DNA of 64,000 bases from an uncultured delta proteobacterium. Lineage in GTDB: Bacteria > Desulfobacterota > Binatia > UBA9968. Below, in pieces: positions 41,030 through 52,253 of this stretch. The first letter of the stretch is position 1. Every line of letters starts with the position of its first letter. The notes beneath the pieces were generated by a model. The model was given only the letters and a program-made list of their open reading frames with translations, made no database searches and was not told the DNA's origin. Where the stretch lies: assembly GCA_963760795.1 (NCBI GenBank), contig CAVXEP010000019.1, forward strand, positions 160,001-224,000. The letters run 5' to 3'. The position numbers were made by a program, and so were the translations under genes.

Positions 41030-41842
41030 TTGGTCGAAAGTGATGACGTGCCGCCGCTGATCGTTGTCGAACAAGTCTCGCGGGTCTTTTCGACCACTAC
41101 CCGGACCGTTACGGCGCTGGATAATATCTCGTTCGATATTCAACCGGGCAACTTCGTTGCCATCGTCGGTCCGAGCGGCTGCGGCAAGAGCACGCTGCTG
41201 AAAATCATTTCGGGCTTGATGCCGGCATCCTTCGGCACGGTCGCGGTGGCCGGCCATCAGGTCGATTGTCCGCTGGAAAATGTCGGCATGGTTTTTCAGG
41301 CGCCGGTGCTGCTCAAATGGCGCTCGGTGTTGGGCAATGTGCTCCTGCCGGTGGAGTTCGCTAAACTCAATGTCGCCAATTATGCTGACAAGGCGCGCGC
41401 CTTGATCAAGCTCGTCGGGTTAGACGGCTTCGAAGAAATGTATCCCCATGAGCTCTCCGGCGGCATGCAGCAGCGCGCCTCGCTGTGCCGCGCGCTGGTG
41501 ACCGACCCGCAGCTGTTGTTGATGGACGAGCCCTTCGGCGCACTCGACGCCATGACCCGCGACGAGTTGGACATGGAACTGCTGCGCATTTGGGAAGAGC
41601 GCAAGAAGACTGTGCTGTTTGTCACTCACAGCATTCAAGAAGCGGTGTTTCTCTCCGACCTGGTGTTCGTCATGTCGGCACGGCCGGGCCGCCTGCTCGA
41701 GACCATCGCCATCGATTTGCCGCGGCCACGCACTATGGAAATGATGAGTACGGTCAAGTTCGGTGAATACACCCTCAAGATTCGCGCTCTGCTCGCCTCG
41801 GCTAGCGGTGCCAATGCCACTGGAACTGGCTCGACCATGTGA
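41030..41842 (+). CDS. ABC ATP-binding protein (NitT/TauT family)
   Basis: GPSGCGKST, LSGGMQQR, LLMDEPFGALD. Confidence 0.93.
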   Translation: MVESDDVPPLIVVEQVSRVFSTTTRTVTALDNISFDIQPGNFVAIVGPSGCGKSTLLKIISGLMPASFGTVAVAGHQVDCPLENVGMVFQAPVLLKWRSVLGNVLLPVEFAKLNVANYADKARALIKLVGLDGFEEMYPHELSGGMQQRASLCRALVTDPQLLLMDEPFGALDAMTRDELDMELLRIWEERKKTVLFVTHSIQEAVFLSDLVFVMSARPGRLLETIAIDLPRPRTMEMMSTVKFGEYTLKIRALLASASGANATGTGSTM

Positions 41843-41935
41843 AATTCCGTTTTCAGTGCGCTATTATCCCGGGGATGGCGTGGATGATCCGCCCCCACAC
41901 CGGTAAACGAATTCAAGCAACGAATTTAGGTTCTA

Positions 41936-42979
41936 ATGACAACTCCAAAAGGTCTTACTTACGCCCAGGCCGGCGTTAACATCGAAGCCGGCGCTGAACT
42001 GGTGCGGCGCATCGGCCCCATCGCCAAGCAAACCAAGGTACCCGGCGTGCTCGCCGGCGTCGGCGGCTTCAGCGCGCTATTCGATCTCAAATCGCGCGGC
42101 TATCGCGATCCGGTCTTGGTCTCGTCCACCGACGGTGTCGGCACCAAGCTGAAGATCGCTTTCATGACCGGCATTCACGACACCATCGGCATCGATCTGG
42201 TCGCCATGGGCGTCAACGATATCCTGACCCAGGGTGCGACGCCGCTGTTTTTTCTGGACTACTTCGTCTGCGGCAAGCTCGACGTGAAAATCACCGAAGC
42301 GGTGGTGCGCGGCATCGCCGCCGGCTGCCGCCAAGCCGGTTGCGCGCTGATCGGTGGCGAGACCGCCGAGCATCCCGGTGATTTTCCTAACGGAGAGTAC
42401 GACCTCGCCGGCTTTGTCGTCGGCGCTTTGGAGAAAAAGAAAATTATCGATGCGGCAGCGGTCACGCCCGGCGATGTCTTGATCGGCATCCCCGCCAGCG
42501 GACTGCACAGCAATGGTTATTCGCTAGCGCGTAAGGTTCTGCTCGAACGGGGCGGACTGAAATTAAACCGGCGCATTCCCGAGCTCGGTCGCAACCTCGG
42601 CGAAGAGTTGCTCGAACCGACGCGCATTTATGCTAAAATTGCCAAGAAACTGTTCGGCGCCTTTCGCATCAAAGGCGCAGCGCATATCACCGGCGGCGGT
42701 ATTAGCGGCAATCTGCCGCGGGTATTGCCGCAAGGGCGGCATGCGGTGGTTGAGCGGTCAAGTTGGCCGGTGCCGCCGGTCTTCGGCTTGATTCAGAAAA
42801 TCGGCGCGGTCACCCAGCCGGAGATGGAGGCGACGTTTAATATGGGCCTGGGCATGATTCTCGTTGCGGACAAGAAGGACGCCGACCCGGTGGTCCGAAT
42901 GCTGAAACGCATTGGCGAGCGCAGTTTCGTCGTCGGTGAAATTCGCCAAGGCGCGAAGGGTGCAACGATTCGTTCTTGA
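41936..42979 (+). CDS. purM: Phosphoribosylformylglycinamidine cyclo-ligase
   Basis: TYAQAGV, STDGVGTK, GGETAE, HSNGYSL, TFNMG. Confidence 0.97.
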   Translation: MTTPKGLTYAQAGVNIEAGAELVRRIGPIAKQTKVPGVLAGVGGFSALFDLKSRGYRDPVLVSSTDGVGTKLKIAFMTGIHDTIGIDLVAMGVNDILTQGATPLFFLDYFVCGKLDVKITEAVVRGIAAGCRQAGCALIGGETAEHPGDFPNGEYDLAGFVVGALEKKKIIDAAAVTPGDVLIGIPASGLHSNGYSLARKVLLERGGLKLNRRIPELGRNLGEELLEPTRIYAKIAKKLFGAFRIKGAAHITGGGISGNLPRVLPQGRHAVVERSSWPVPPVFGLIQKIGAVTQPEMEATFNMGLGMILVADKKDADPVVRMLKRIGERSFVVGEIRQGAKGATIRS

Positions 42980-42985
42980 AATAAT

Positions 42986-43649
42986 ATGGCAAGACAAGTT
43001 CCTATCGCGGTGTTGCTCTCCGGCGGCGGTACCAATCTTCAGGCGATTATCGACGCCATTGAGGCGAAAAAACTCGATGCTAAGATTGAATTGGTTTTGA
43101 GCAACAAAGCCGACGCTTTCGGTCTGGTGCGAGCGCAAAATCACGGCATCCCGACCGAAGTCTTGGACCACCAGACATATCCGAGCCGTGAAGCCTACGA
43201 TCAAGCGGTCGTCGATCGGTTGCGCGGGCGCGGCGTTGAGCTGGTGGCGCTCGCCGGCTTCATGCGTTTGCTCTCGCCGGTTTTCATCAAGGCCTACTCC
43301 AATCGGATCATGAACATTCACCCGGCCTTGCTGCCGTCATTCCCGGGTCTTCATGTGCAGCGCAAGGCCGTCGAGCATGGCGTGCGCTTTTCCGGCTGCA
43401 CGGTGCATTTCGTCAACGAAGAGTGCGACGAGGGGCCGATCATCATCCAAGCGGTCGTGCCGGTTTTTCCCGACGATACGGAAGAATCACTGGCGGCGCG
43501 GATTCTCAAGCAAGAACATCGAATTTTTCCCCGTGCCATCCAGCTCTTACGCCGAGGGGCGCCTGCATGTCAGTGGGCGCCGAGTGCTCGTGGATGGACT
43601 GAGTAAGGATGATGGCCAGGTGCTGATCCAACCGCCGCTGGAACGATGA
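42986..43649 (+). CDS. purN: Phosphoribosylglycinamide formyltransferase; apparent frameshift ~43547
   Basis: SGGGTNLQA, LAGFMR, NIHPALLP, GCTVHFV; the natural C-terminus YAEGRLHVSGRRV is in the shifted frame. Confidence 0.93.
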
Positions 43650-44621
43650 AAAAGGCCAAACCTATTATTGATTTTGTTAGTGAAGCTGCTCGTTAGCGGC
43701 GGTCTGTTAGCCTATTTTCTGTCGCGAGTTCATCCCGAGCGCTTTCTGCAAACCTTTGCGACGGCGAATTATTGGTGGATCGCGCTGGCGCTGGTCATCT
43801 ATCTGTGTACCCAAGCGATTAGTGCCGCGCGCTGGGCCACCCTCGGGCGGCCGTTGGGGATCGAGACGCGGTTCATAGATCTGCTCAAATATTACTTGAT
43901 CGGCATGTTCTTCAATCTGTTCGCGCCGGGCACGGTGGGCGGCGATGTCAGCCGGGTTCTTTACCTCGCGCGCGGTCAAGAATCTCACGCCAAGGGGCGC
44001 GCTGTGACGACCACGCACGCCGCCATGTCGGTGCTGATGGATCGCGCCATCGGTATGACCGTGTTGGTCTGGATAGGCGCCGCGGGGTTGCTGTTGTTTC
44101 CCGAATACGCGGTTCCGCCGACGGTTCGTTCGGTCACGCTTATGATCGCGGCGGGTTTTGTCGGCGCGGTTTTGCTGCTGCCGTTGCTTAGAGGTGTGTT
44201 GCCAGAGGACGGCCATCCGATGGTGGTCAAGATCCGCTTAGCCCTGCACAGTTATCGAACCCAGTGGCGCGCGTTGGCGGCCGCGGCTGGGCTCTCCCTG
44301 GTCGCTCATTTAATCCAAGCCTGGATGCATCTTGTGATGGGCCGCGCGCTCGGTTTAGAGGTGCCGCTTTCGTTTTGTATCATCGTCTATCCGTTGGTGG
44401 GGACCTTTGCGGCGATCCCGGTGAGTTTGAATGGATTGGGGCTGCGCGAAGGCGGTTACATCTATATGCTTGCCGTGATTGGCATCAGCAGTGAAAATGG
44501 CATCGCCTTCGGTCTGTTGTTGTTCTTGATCGTCGTCATCGACAGTTTAATTGGCGGCGTCCTGTTCTTGCTGCAAAAGTCGCCCAAAGCGGCCAACGTG
44601 ATTGCCGAGAAGACGATCTAG
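43646..44621 (+). CDS. Lysylphosphatidylglycerol-synthase-TM / UPF0104 flippase-like membrane protein; apparent frameshift just after ATG 43646
   Basis: RW, FFNLFAPGTVGGD, DR, PVSLNGLGLREG; ATGA overlap with the corrected purN stop. Confidence 0.85.
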
Positions 44622-45970
44622 ATCAAATAACTGCGAAAGATCGTCGCCAGACCGAGAAACGAGAGAAAGCCAAAGGCATCGGTAAGGCCGGTAACGATGA
44701 TGCCGGAACCGAGCGCGGGGTCGAGTTTCATGCCTTTGAGCAATAAGGGGATGACCGCACCGGCAAAGCCCGCCATCAGTCCGAGATTCAGTAACATCGC
44801 GGCGGCCAGTACCAGTCCCAAGTAAGGATTGCCTTTCCACAAAATTGCCGCCACGGCGATCATGGCGCCGGCGGCGATGGCGATGCAGATATTGACCGAC
44901 ACCTGTTTGACCACCGCCTTCCAGGCCGAGGAAAACTCGAGCTCGCCGAGGGCAATGGCGCGAATGATCACTGTCGCGGTTTGCGTAGCGCCGTTGCCGC
45001 CGACACCGGCGACCACCGGCATGAAGGTGACCAACGTGACAATTTCATGGAGCGTACCCTCGAACAGGCCGACGATAGAGGCGGCGAGCGTAGCGGTTAA
45101 CAAATTGAGGAAGGTCCAAGGCAGGCGCATTTTTACCGAGCGCGACACCGGCGTAAACACACGGTCTTCCTCGGCCAGGCCGACCATCTTGTACATGTCC
45201 TCGGTGCTTTCTTCCTTGATGATGTCGATGACATCGTCGACGGTGATGATGCCTTCCAAGCGGCCCCCTTCATCGACGATCGGCAGCGCCAATAGCTCGT
45301 ACTTGGCGACGATTCGCGCGGCGTCTTCTTGATCCATGAAGACATCGGCTTTGATCGGATCGGCGATCATCATCTCGCTCAATTTGCGTGCCGGCGGGGC
45401 GATCACCAAATTGCGAATCGGCACGACGCCCACCAGTTTGCCGTCGCTGTCGACGACATAGAGATAGAAAAAACTCTCGAGTTCACCGCGCTCGCGAATC
45501 TTGTCGATGGCGCCTTGGGCGGTGGCGTCAGGAGGCAGTGCCATGAATTCGGTGGTCATCAAGCGGCCGACGGTGCCCTCGGGATAATTGATGATTTCAC
45601 GCACCGCGGCTCGGCGCTCCGGGTCGAGCAAGCCCATGACCTGCTCGCGGCGCTCGTCGGGGAGGCAGTCGATGAAGGTGACCGCGTCGTCCGGGTCCGC
45701 GCGCACGATCAGCCGGCCGATCTTCTCGTCGTCGATCAAGGCGAGAATGTCGGGCAATAGTTCGAGAGGCAGCTCTTTAAGGGTCTTGGCGGCGCGGCGC
45801 GACGAGAACAGCACGTCGAACAGCTGGCGCACTTCCGCCGAATCGAGGCCTTTGAACAGCAACGCGATGTCGGCGGGGTGGCTTTTGCCGATGAAACGCA
45901 GCACGCGGTCCGGCGTCGCGGTGCGCAACATCTCGCGCACGGTGTCGTAATCGATGGGAGCGGGTTTCAT
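44618..45970 (-). CDS. mgtE: Magnesium transporter MgtE (paralog 2)
   Basis: HPADIA, TVGRLMT, CBS pair, RLPW, GGNGATQ, DPALGS. Confidence 0.93.
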   Translation of the reverse strand: MKPAPIDYDTVREMLRTATPDRVLRFIGKSHPADIALLFKGLDSAEVRQLFDVLFSSRRAAKTLKELPLELLPDILALIDDEKIGRLIVRADPDDAVTFIDCLPDERREQVMGLLDPERRAAVREIINYPEGTVGRLMTTEFMALPPDATAQGAIDKIRERGELESFFYLYVVDSDGKLVGVVPIRNLVIAPPARKLSEMMIADPIKADVFMDQEDAARIVAKYELLALPIVDEGGRLEGIITVDDVIDIIKEESTEDMYKMVGLAEEDRVFTPVSRSVKMRLPWTFLNLLTATLAASIVGLFEGTLHEIVTLVTFMPVVAGVGGNGATQTATVIIRAIALGELEFSSAWKAVVKQVSVNICIAIAAGAMIAVAAILWKGNPYLGLVLAAAMLLNLGLMAGFAGAVIPLLLKGMKLDPALGSGIIVTGLTDAFGFLSFLGLATIFRSYLI

Positions 45971-46116
45971 GGTTGCTTTCGACGATAAGGCTGGTTACTT
46001 CATAGACACTGAGATGGTTATTTGCAAATGTTTTGGCGTTTCGTTCGCCGTTTCGCCGCGCCCGGAAAATTTGCTATTGTGCTGGCAGAGTCGAATCTAT
46101 CGAGGATCTATCGCTG

Positions 46117-47554
46117 ATGTTTACACGTGATCGATCGTTAAGGCCCCGGTATTTGATCGCCAGTCTATTGTATTGCCTGAGCGGGCTTGGATTGCTGCCG
46201 CTCGGCGAAGCCCACGCCGCGAACCTCGGCTGCCTTGGACGGCAACCGTCCTCCCAGCTTCGCCAGCATCGCCAAAAAAACCATGCCGGTGGTGGTCAAC
46301 ATTTCGACTTTGACGCAACGCTCGCCGCGTTCGAGCTCCAACGATCCCATCGAAGAGTTCTTCAATCGATTTTTCGGCGAGTCGGCGCCGCGAGAGAACA
46401 ACTCGCGCAGTTTGGGCTCGGGGATTTTAATCAGCCGCGATGGAGAGATTCTCACCAGTTATCATGTCGTGCGCAGCGCCGACACGATCAAGGTGAAACT
46501 GGCGGATCACAGCGAGCATGAAGCGCGCTTGATCGGTAAGGACGATCGCACCGACTTGGCCTTGATCAAGATCCGTCGCTCCGGCGGCAATCTGCCCTTC
46601 GCCAAGCTCGGCAACTCGAGCCAGCTGGACGTCGGCGATTGGGTGATGGCGATCGGCAACCCCTTCGGTCTCGAACATACCGTCACCGCGGGAATCATCA
46701 GCGCCAAGGGGCGGGTGATCGGCGCCGGTCCCTACGACAATTTCATTCAAACCGATGCCTCGATCAACCCTGGCAATAGCGGTGGACCGCTGATCAGCGC
46801 CGACGGCGAAGTGATCGGCGTCAATACCGCGATCTTCAGTCAATCCGGCGGCAACGTCGGTATCGGTTTCGCGATTCCCATCGATCTGGCGAAAAAGGTC
46901 TTGGACCAGTTGCGCAAAAACGGCAAAGTGGTGCGCGGTTGGCTGGGGGTGCGCGCCCAGGATCTTAGCGCCACCCAGGCCGCTTCACTAGGAGTCACGC
47001 GATCCGCCGCCGATCTAGCGATCGTCACCGAGGTGGCAGACAAGAGCCCCGCGGCCGAAGCAGGCATCAAAACCGGCGATGTAATCGTCGAGTTCAATGG
47101 CAAAGCGGTGCCCAAGAGCAATGAGTTCCCCGGCGTGATCGCCGATATCGCGCCGGGGCAAAAAGTTTCGCTCAAAATATTGCGCGAGAAAAAGGAGCAA
47201 ACCGTCGCGGTGCGCATCGGCGAACTCGGCGACGAAGCCGATATCAATCAGCAGGCCGAGGCGCGCGATGCCGAGATCGGTCTGCGGGTGCAGCGCATTA
47301 CCCCGGAAGCGGCGCGGCGCTTGGGTTTGAGTTCAGCCAAAGGGGTCTTGGTGGTCGAGGTGCAGCCGGGCAGCCCGGCCGACCTGGTCGGCATCGAACC
47401 GGCGGACGTGATTCGCGAGGTTAACCAGCGCGCCGTGGCCAATGTCAAAGATTTTGAACGGGCGACGCGGCAAGGCCGGCGCGGCGACCGCATCTTGCTG
47501 CTTGTACAGCGGGGTGATAACGCGGTATTCTTCGCCGTGAAGCGCAAAGCTTAG
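46117..47554 (+). CDS. DegP/DegQ (HtrA, Do family) serine protease with two PDZ domains; apparent frameshift ~46222 separates the signal peptide
   Basis: SLGSG, YHVV, DLAL, IQTDASINPGNSGGPL; signal peptide ending AHAA is in another frame from ATG 46117. Confidence 0.92.
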
Positions 47555-47562
47555 GAGGATTC

Positions 47563-47754
47563 ATGTTTGGACTTGGTGTGCCGGAACTGATGGTGATTCT
47601 CGTGATCGCTCTGGTGATCTTCGGTCCCAGTAAGCTGCCGCAGATCGGCAGCGGACTAGGCAAAGCGATCCGGGATTTCAAAAAAGGCGTTACCGAAAAA
47701 GATGACGAAGCGGAGAAAGAAGTGAAGAAGGATCCCAAAGACCTGCCGCGATAA
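47563..47754 (+). CDS. tatA: Twin-arginine translocase subunit TatA/E
   Basis: MFGLGVPEL...IFGPSKLPQIG. Confidence 0.95.
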   Translation: MFGLGVPELMVILVIALVIFGPSKLPQIGSGLGKAIRDFKKGVTEKDDEAEKEVKKDPKDLPR

Positions 47755-47935
47755 TTGCCCAACGATCCCACCTCGTGAATGACTGCCAGTCCACGTCCGA
47801 TAACGATTGCATCACCGGTCACCGGAGACAATTGCTAACCGCGTTCTTTCGGTTCTAGGCAAACTTGTCAGCCGATTTTGCTGGCGCAGGCCGACCCGTC
47901 AAACCATCGATTTGCGGCGTCCATGCACGCTGAGG

Positions 47936-48592
47936 CTAGAGTTCACGCGCGACATAGCGACCGTTGGAGTTGGAGTCTTTTCTGGCCAATACCACGGTGT
48001 AGAGGGAAGTCTTGTTAATTTTATAAACCCTTTCAATGATGAGGCCAGTGGTTGCGATGAACGGTTTAAGCTGGAGATCGGTGCGCCAACCGAGCCAGCG
48101 GGTGAGCGGGTCCATGGATCGAGTGAGCGTGCCGAGCACCGGAACGTCGCTGGTGAAGTGATTGACGATAACAATCTTGCCGCTCGGCTTGCAGACCCGT
48201 TTGACCTCAGCAATCATGCGCACCGGATCGGGAACCACGGTGACGACATGAAACGCCATGACGTAGTCGAAGCTGTTGTCGGGAAACTTGAGATCGAGGG
48301 CGTTCATCTCGATCACTTTGAGATGGCGCCAGCCGTTGTCGACGATTTTTTGCCGCGCGCGCGCGAGCATGTCCGGCGCCAAGTCTATGCCAGTAACATT
48401 GCAATGAGTGGGATAGGCCGGAAAAGAAGTGCCCGTGCCGGCGCCAACTTCGAGAACCTGCGCGCCCGGAGGAATGCCGACATCGTCAATCACCCGCTCG
48501 AGCCGACTGTAGAAAATCTTGCCGAAGATTTTGTCGTAGAGCGGGGCGAACTCTCCATACAGTTTGCTCTCATGCGCTTCGTTTTCAGCCAT
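47936..48592 (-). CDS. SAM-dependent methyltransferase, phosphatidylethanolamine N-methyltransferase (Rhodobacter PmtA)-like
   Basis: APLYD..FG, VLEVGAGTG, VVTVVPDP, IVNHF. Confidence 0.78.
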   Translation of the reverse strand: MAENEAHESKLYGEFAPLYDKIFGKIFYSRLERVIDDVGIPPGAQVLEVGAGTGTSFPAYPTHCNVTGIDLAPDMLARARQKIVDNGWRHLKVIEMNALDLKFPDNSFDYVMAFHVVTVVPDPVRMIAEVKRVCKPSGKIVIVNHFTSDVPVLGTLTRSMDPLTRWLGWRTDLQLKPFIATTGLIIERVYKINKTSLYTVVLARKDSNSNGRYVAREL

Positions 48593-48621
48593 GCGCCCCA
48601 ACCCCAATCATCCACATCCGG

Positions 48622-48816
48622 CTACGCGTCGCGGATATCCTTCGGTTGTTTCTTGTAGAAAATTGAAATGTCGCGCTTGCGAAATCGCCATTGCTTGCCC
48701 TTTTTGAAGGCCGGCAGGATGTTTTTCCGGGCAAATTCATTGACAGTGTCCGGACTCATGTCGAGAATCACGGCGACTTGTTTGCTGTTGAGCAGTTCTT
48801 CTTCTCGATCCACCAT
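48622..48816 (-). CDS. HTH_17 (excisionase/BldC-like) small DNA-binding protein, second paralog
   Basis: LLNSKQVAVILDMSPDTVNEFARKNILPAFKKGKQWRF; RBS GAGGAG. Confidence 0.85.
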   Translation of the reverse strand: MVDREEELLNSKQVAVILDMSPDTVNEFARKNILPAFKKGKQWRFRKRDISIFYKKQPKDIRDA

Positions 48817-49133
48817 AGACTCTCTCCTCGGTAAACACCAGTAGGCGAAAAAGTTCGTTTTATCTAACAAGTTCATCCAGGGCTGTCAAGGCAAGAACCG
48901 CGCAGCGGCGGTGAACGATTGCAAAACTATGCAAACCGATAAAGCCGCGAACCGATGCGCTATATTTTCCTCTTTGCGGGAACTCATCAATAGTAACTCT
49001 GGGGGACTGCGTTGGCGCCGATTTACGCTTGCGACTCCGGTGAACTTGCTTTAGCATTGCCATGGTTTAGCGTTCCGCATTCCCACCGAGGAGAGCAACC
49101 GCCCGAAGCATTGAAGCGCGACTCTGTTTACTC

Positions 49134-52100
49134 ATGAAAAAACTCCTCCAGATCGGCGTGTTCGTCGGCATTACCGCGGCGCTTTTTTTCTTTGTTTGCG
49201 CCCTGGCATTTTACCATCTGGTTCGAGTCGGCGAATTCCGCAGTTTTGTCATCGACGAAATCGAAAAAAACACCGCTCTCAAGGTGGGTCTTGGCGCCGC
49301 GGATATTGAAATCGGTTGGGTCACGGGAATAGCATTTCGCGATGTCGCCATCTCGATGCCGGGCAGCGCTAGGCCGGAGATCGCCGCCGAGCGGGTCACG
49401 GCGCGGGTTGCGCTGCTGCCGTTGCTGCAGCGTCAAGTGATATTTTATGAGATTCGCTTGCAGCAGCCCACCGTCGCCCTGGCCGGCGATGCCGAGGGGC
49501 GCATCCCATTGCTCGAAAAGCTGATTAATTTGCCGATATTCAAACGCCACGGTGAGCAGTTCAGTCTCGATCTCCAAACCATCAAGATCCACAACGGCGC
49601 CATCGATTATTTGGATGGGCGTAAGCGTGTCGGCCTGGGCGAATGGCGCTTACGCCAAGCCGATGTCACGGTCGAGCGCGTGCGCGGCCAGCGGCTGCGC
49701 GAGTTCATGAAGGATATGCTGGCGCGCCCATCGACGGAATCGACCGGTGCGGCGCTGCATTTCGAAATTACCAGCCAGGTAGAAAAAGACTATGCGCCGA
49801 TGCAGCTCAAGGCCTCTGGACGGTTGGCGTTTCCGCAGGCAGTTCTGGATTTTCACCAAGCGCACTGGAACGCCGATGTCGATCTCATCGATTTTCCGGC
49901 GGCGCTGATCAAAGTCCAGCTCGGCGCCGATTTGCCGATCAAGTCGGCGAGCGGTCATCTCGCTCATCGGCTCCATCTAGAAGGCTATCCCGAGAAACAG
50001 CTGCGGCTCAAAGGCGTTATCGAATTCAGAAAGATCTCTATCGACGCGCCCGAACTGTTGCTAGCGCCGCTGACCGGCGCGGACGGCCTGGCCAGCTTCG
50101 AGGCGGAGTGGAGCCGGGGAAAATTGGCGATCAAGCGCGCCGATCTGCGCGTCGACGATCTCAAGTTCGCCCTGGCCGGCAGTATCGGCGCGCTCAACAG
50201 CGCGGAACCCCATATATCGCTGCAGCTCTCTCAGCTGTCGGCGCCGCTAACGACGCTGCGCCGCTACTTGCCTTTGAAAATCATCGAATCGCCGCAATGG
50301 GAAAAGAGCCTGAGCTCGATCCAGAGCGGGCAAGTGGAGCTTAAGAGTGCCGGTGTTAACGCCACACTCGGCGAACTGCGCCGGCTGGCGCAGACGGGTA
50401 TCGGCAAACAGCTCTGGTTCGACGCTGAATTGCGCGACGTCTCGGGCAGTCTCGCCGCCCGCGGCACATTGCCGCTGCGTGGCGTTCATGGGCGGGTGAG
50501 TTTGCAAGACGGCCGGTTAACGGTGCGCGATCTCAAGGGCGCCTATGGCGATTCCCAATTGCAAGATGTCGATGCCAGCTATGATTTGACGCCGAGCGGA
50601 CACGGCGGGCTCGAGCTCGCGGCCCGAGGCGATTTCAACTTGGCGGAGCTGCGCAATCAGCTGAAAGCCGAGTTTGTTTCCGAGCACACCGCCAAGATCG
50701 CCGCGTCGATAAGTGAACTCGATGGCCGCAGCCGCGTCGATTTGACTGTGAAACGTGGCGCCAATGAGCCGCTTCAATTCGCCGGGAAAGTCGCTCTGGA
50801 CAACGCCCGGCTGCGCTACGACGACTATGCCTTGAGCGAGATCAAGGGCGAAGTCGCCTTTTCGTCCAAGGAGATCAAGGGTGAAAAGATCCGCGCGCAA
50901 ATGAGTGGGGCACCGGTGCAGCTCCAATTGGCGCTCACAGACTATGACACCGACGACGGCACTTTTGACCTGGGTGTCGAGTCCACCGGCGTGCGCGCCG
51001 GCGTGATCGCGCACTTGCTGCTCGACCAGGGATCGCTCAACGATCCCGGCATTGTCAGCGGCGCGGTGCGCTACCGCGGCGCTTTCGCGAACAAAAACAC
51101 GCGCAAGTTCACCGGAGATTTGGACTTGGCCAACGTCCAGCTGCTGGTGAAACCGCTCTTGCAGCCGCTGCGCGAGCTCAGCGGCAAGGTCAAGATCGAC
51201 GAGTCGGGCATCGATTTTCACAATCTCAAGGCATTGCTCGTCGGGGTTCCGGCAAGCCTCAGCGGGCGCTGGCGCTACGCCGAAAAGCCGCCGTTGCTCT
51301 TCGACTTCGCTGCGCCCAATTTGGATGTGACCTATTTGATTTCGCAAATTGACGCCGAGGCCAGCGAGTTTTACGCAAATCTTCAGGCCGAGGGGAAAAT
51401 TGCCTTGGCCAAAGGGCGGATCAGGAACTTCGAGTTCAGCGACATGAAGACCGATGCGACGATCGACCGGCGGGTCTGGCGATTGACCAATCTGAACGCG
51501 CGCTCCGCCGGCGGCACCATCGTCGGCGTGACGACGATTTTCGACCGGCCGGACACTCTCGCGGTGGTGGCCGAGCCGAAAGTTCAGGGTGTCCCGATAC
51601 AGTCCTTTTTGAATTGGTTCAACGTCACCAATACCGAAATGACCGGCCGGGTGAATCTCACCGGCAAGCTCGAAACGGTCGGTAAGAATGACCTCGAACG
51701 CAAGCAGAATCTCAACGGAGCGTTCAACCTGCGCATCGAGGACGGCACGATCAACCGGATGCGCATCCTGGTGCAAATTCTCAATCTGCTCGACTTGTCG
51801 CGTTGGTTTACCTTGCAGTTGCCCGATCTCACCAAACAAGGGATTCGCTTCCGCGCCATCACCGCCGACTTCAAAGTGACCAAAGGGATTTACGTAACGG
51901 AAAATTTGCTCGTCGACAGCAATGACTTGCGCATGAGCGGCGCCGGCAAAATCGATGTGCCGAACGATGAGATCGACCTGGTGGTTGCCGTGCGGCCCTT
52001 CGCCGGCATCGAATCGGCGTTCAATCAAGTGCCGATTTTAGGCCGAGGCGTCGCCGCCATCATGAATTCCTTCCTGGTCGGTAGTTTTAGCATCAAGGGC

Positions 52101-52253
52101 CGTATCGAAGAGCCGACCATCACGGCGATGCCGTTAGGAACTTTATCCGAAATGTTTTGGAGCGTTCTCGGCATCCCCAAAAGCATCCTCACGCTGGGTG
52201 ACACCGAGAAAAAACAAGAACCTAAAGAACCTGCCAAGACACCGGCCAAATGA
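49134..52253 (+). CDS. AsmA-like / YhdP-family large envelope protein
   Basis: Single N-terminal TM, long beta-rich body, C-terminal VPILG...IKGRIEEP. Confidence 0.8.
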   Translation: MKKLLQIGVFVGITAALFFFVCALAFYHLVRVGEFRSFVIDEIEKNTALKVGLGAADIEIGWVTGIAFRDVAISMPGSARPEIAAERVTARVALLPLLQRQVIFYEIRLQQPTVALAGDAEGRIPLLEKLINLPIFKRHGEQFSLDLQTIKIHNGAIDYLDGRKRVGLGEWRLRQADVTVERVRGQRLREFMKDMLARPSTESTGAALHFEITSQVEKDYAPMQLKASGRLAFPQAVLDFHQAHWNADVDLIDFPAALIKVQLGADLPIKSASGHLAHRLHLEGYPEKQLRLKGVIEFRKISIDAPELLLAPLTGADGLASFEAEWSRGKLAIKRADLRVDDLKFALAGSIGALNSAEPHISLQLSQLSAPLTTLRRYLPLKIIESPQWEKSLSSIQSGQVELKSAGVNATLGELRRLAQTGIGKQLWFDAELRDVSGSLAARGTLPLRGVHGRVSLQDGRLTVRDLKGAYGDSQLQDVDASYDLTPSGHGGLELAARGDFNLAELRNQLKAEFVSEHTAKIAASISELDGRSRVDLTVKRGANEPLQFAGKVALDNARLRYDDYALSEIKGEVAFSSKEIKGEKIRAQMSGAPVQLQLALTDYDTDDGTFDLGVESTGVRAGVIAHLLLDQGSLNDPGIVSGAVRYRGAFANKNTRKFTGDLDLANVQLLVKPLLQPLRELSGKVKIDESGIDFHNLKALLVGVPASLSGRWRYAEKPPLLFDFAAPNLDVTYLISQIDAEASEFYANLQAEGKIALAKGRIRNFEFSDMKTDATIDRRVWRLTNLNARSAGGTIVGVTTIFDRPDTLAVVAEPKVQGVPIQSFLNWFNVTNTEMTGRVNLTGKLETVGKNDLERKQNLNGAFNLRIEDGTINRMRILVQILNLLDLSRWFTLQLPDLTKQGIRFRAITADFKVTKGIYVTENLLVDSNDLRMSGAGKIDVPNDEIDLVVAVRPFAGIESAFNQVPILGRGVAAIMNSFLVGSFSIKGRIEEPTITAMPLGTLSEMFWSVLGIPKSILTLGDTEKKQEPKEPAKTPAK

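Noticed and set aside
31136-46230. Programmed ribosomal frameshifting or phase variation in MetE-like, DTW, OCD, purN and degP genes
   Set aside because: No consistent slippery heptamers or long repeat tracts, and unrelated genes are affected alike; the pattern fits sequence error.
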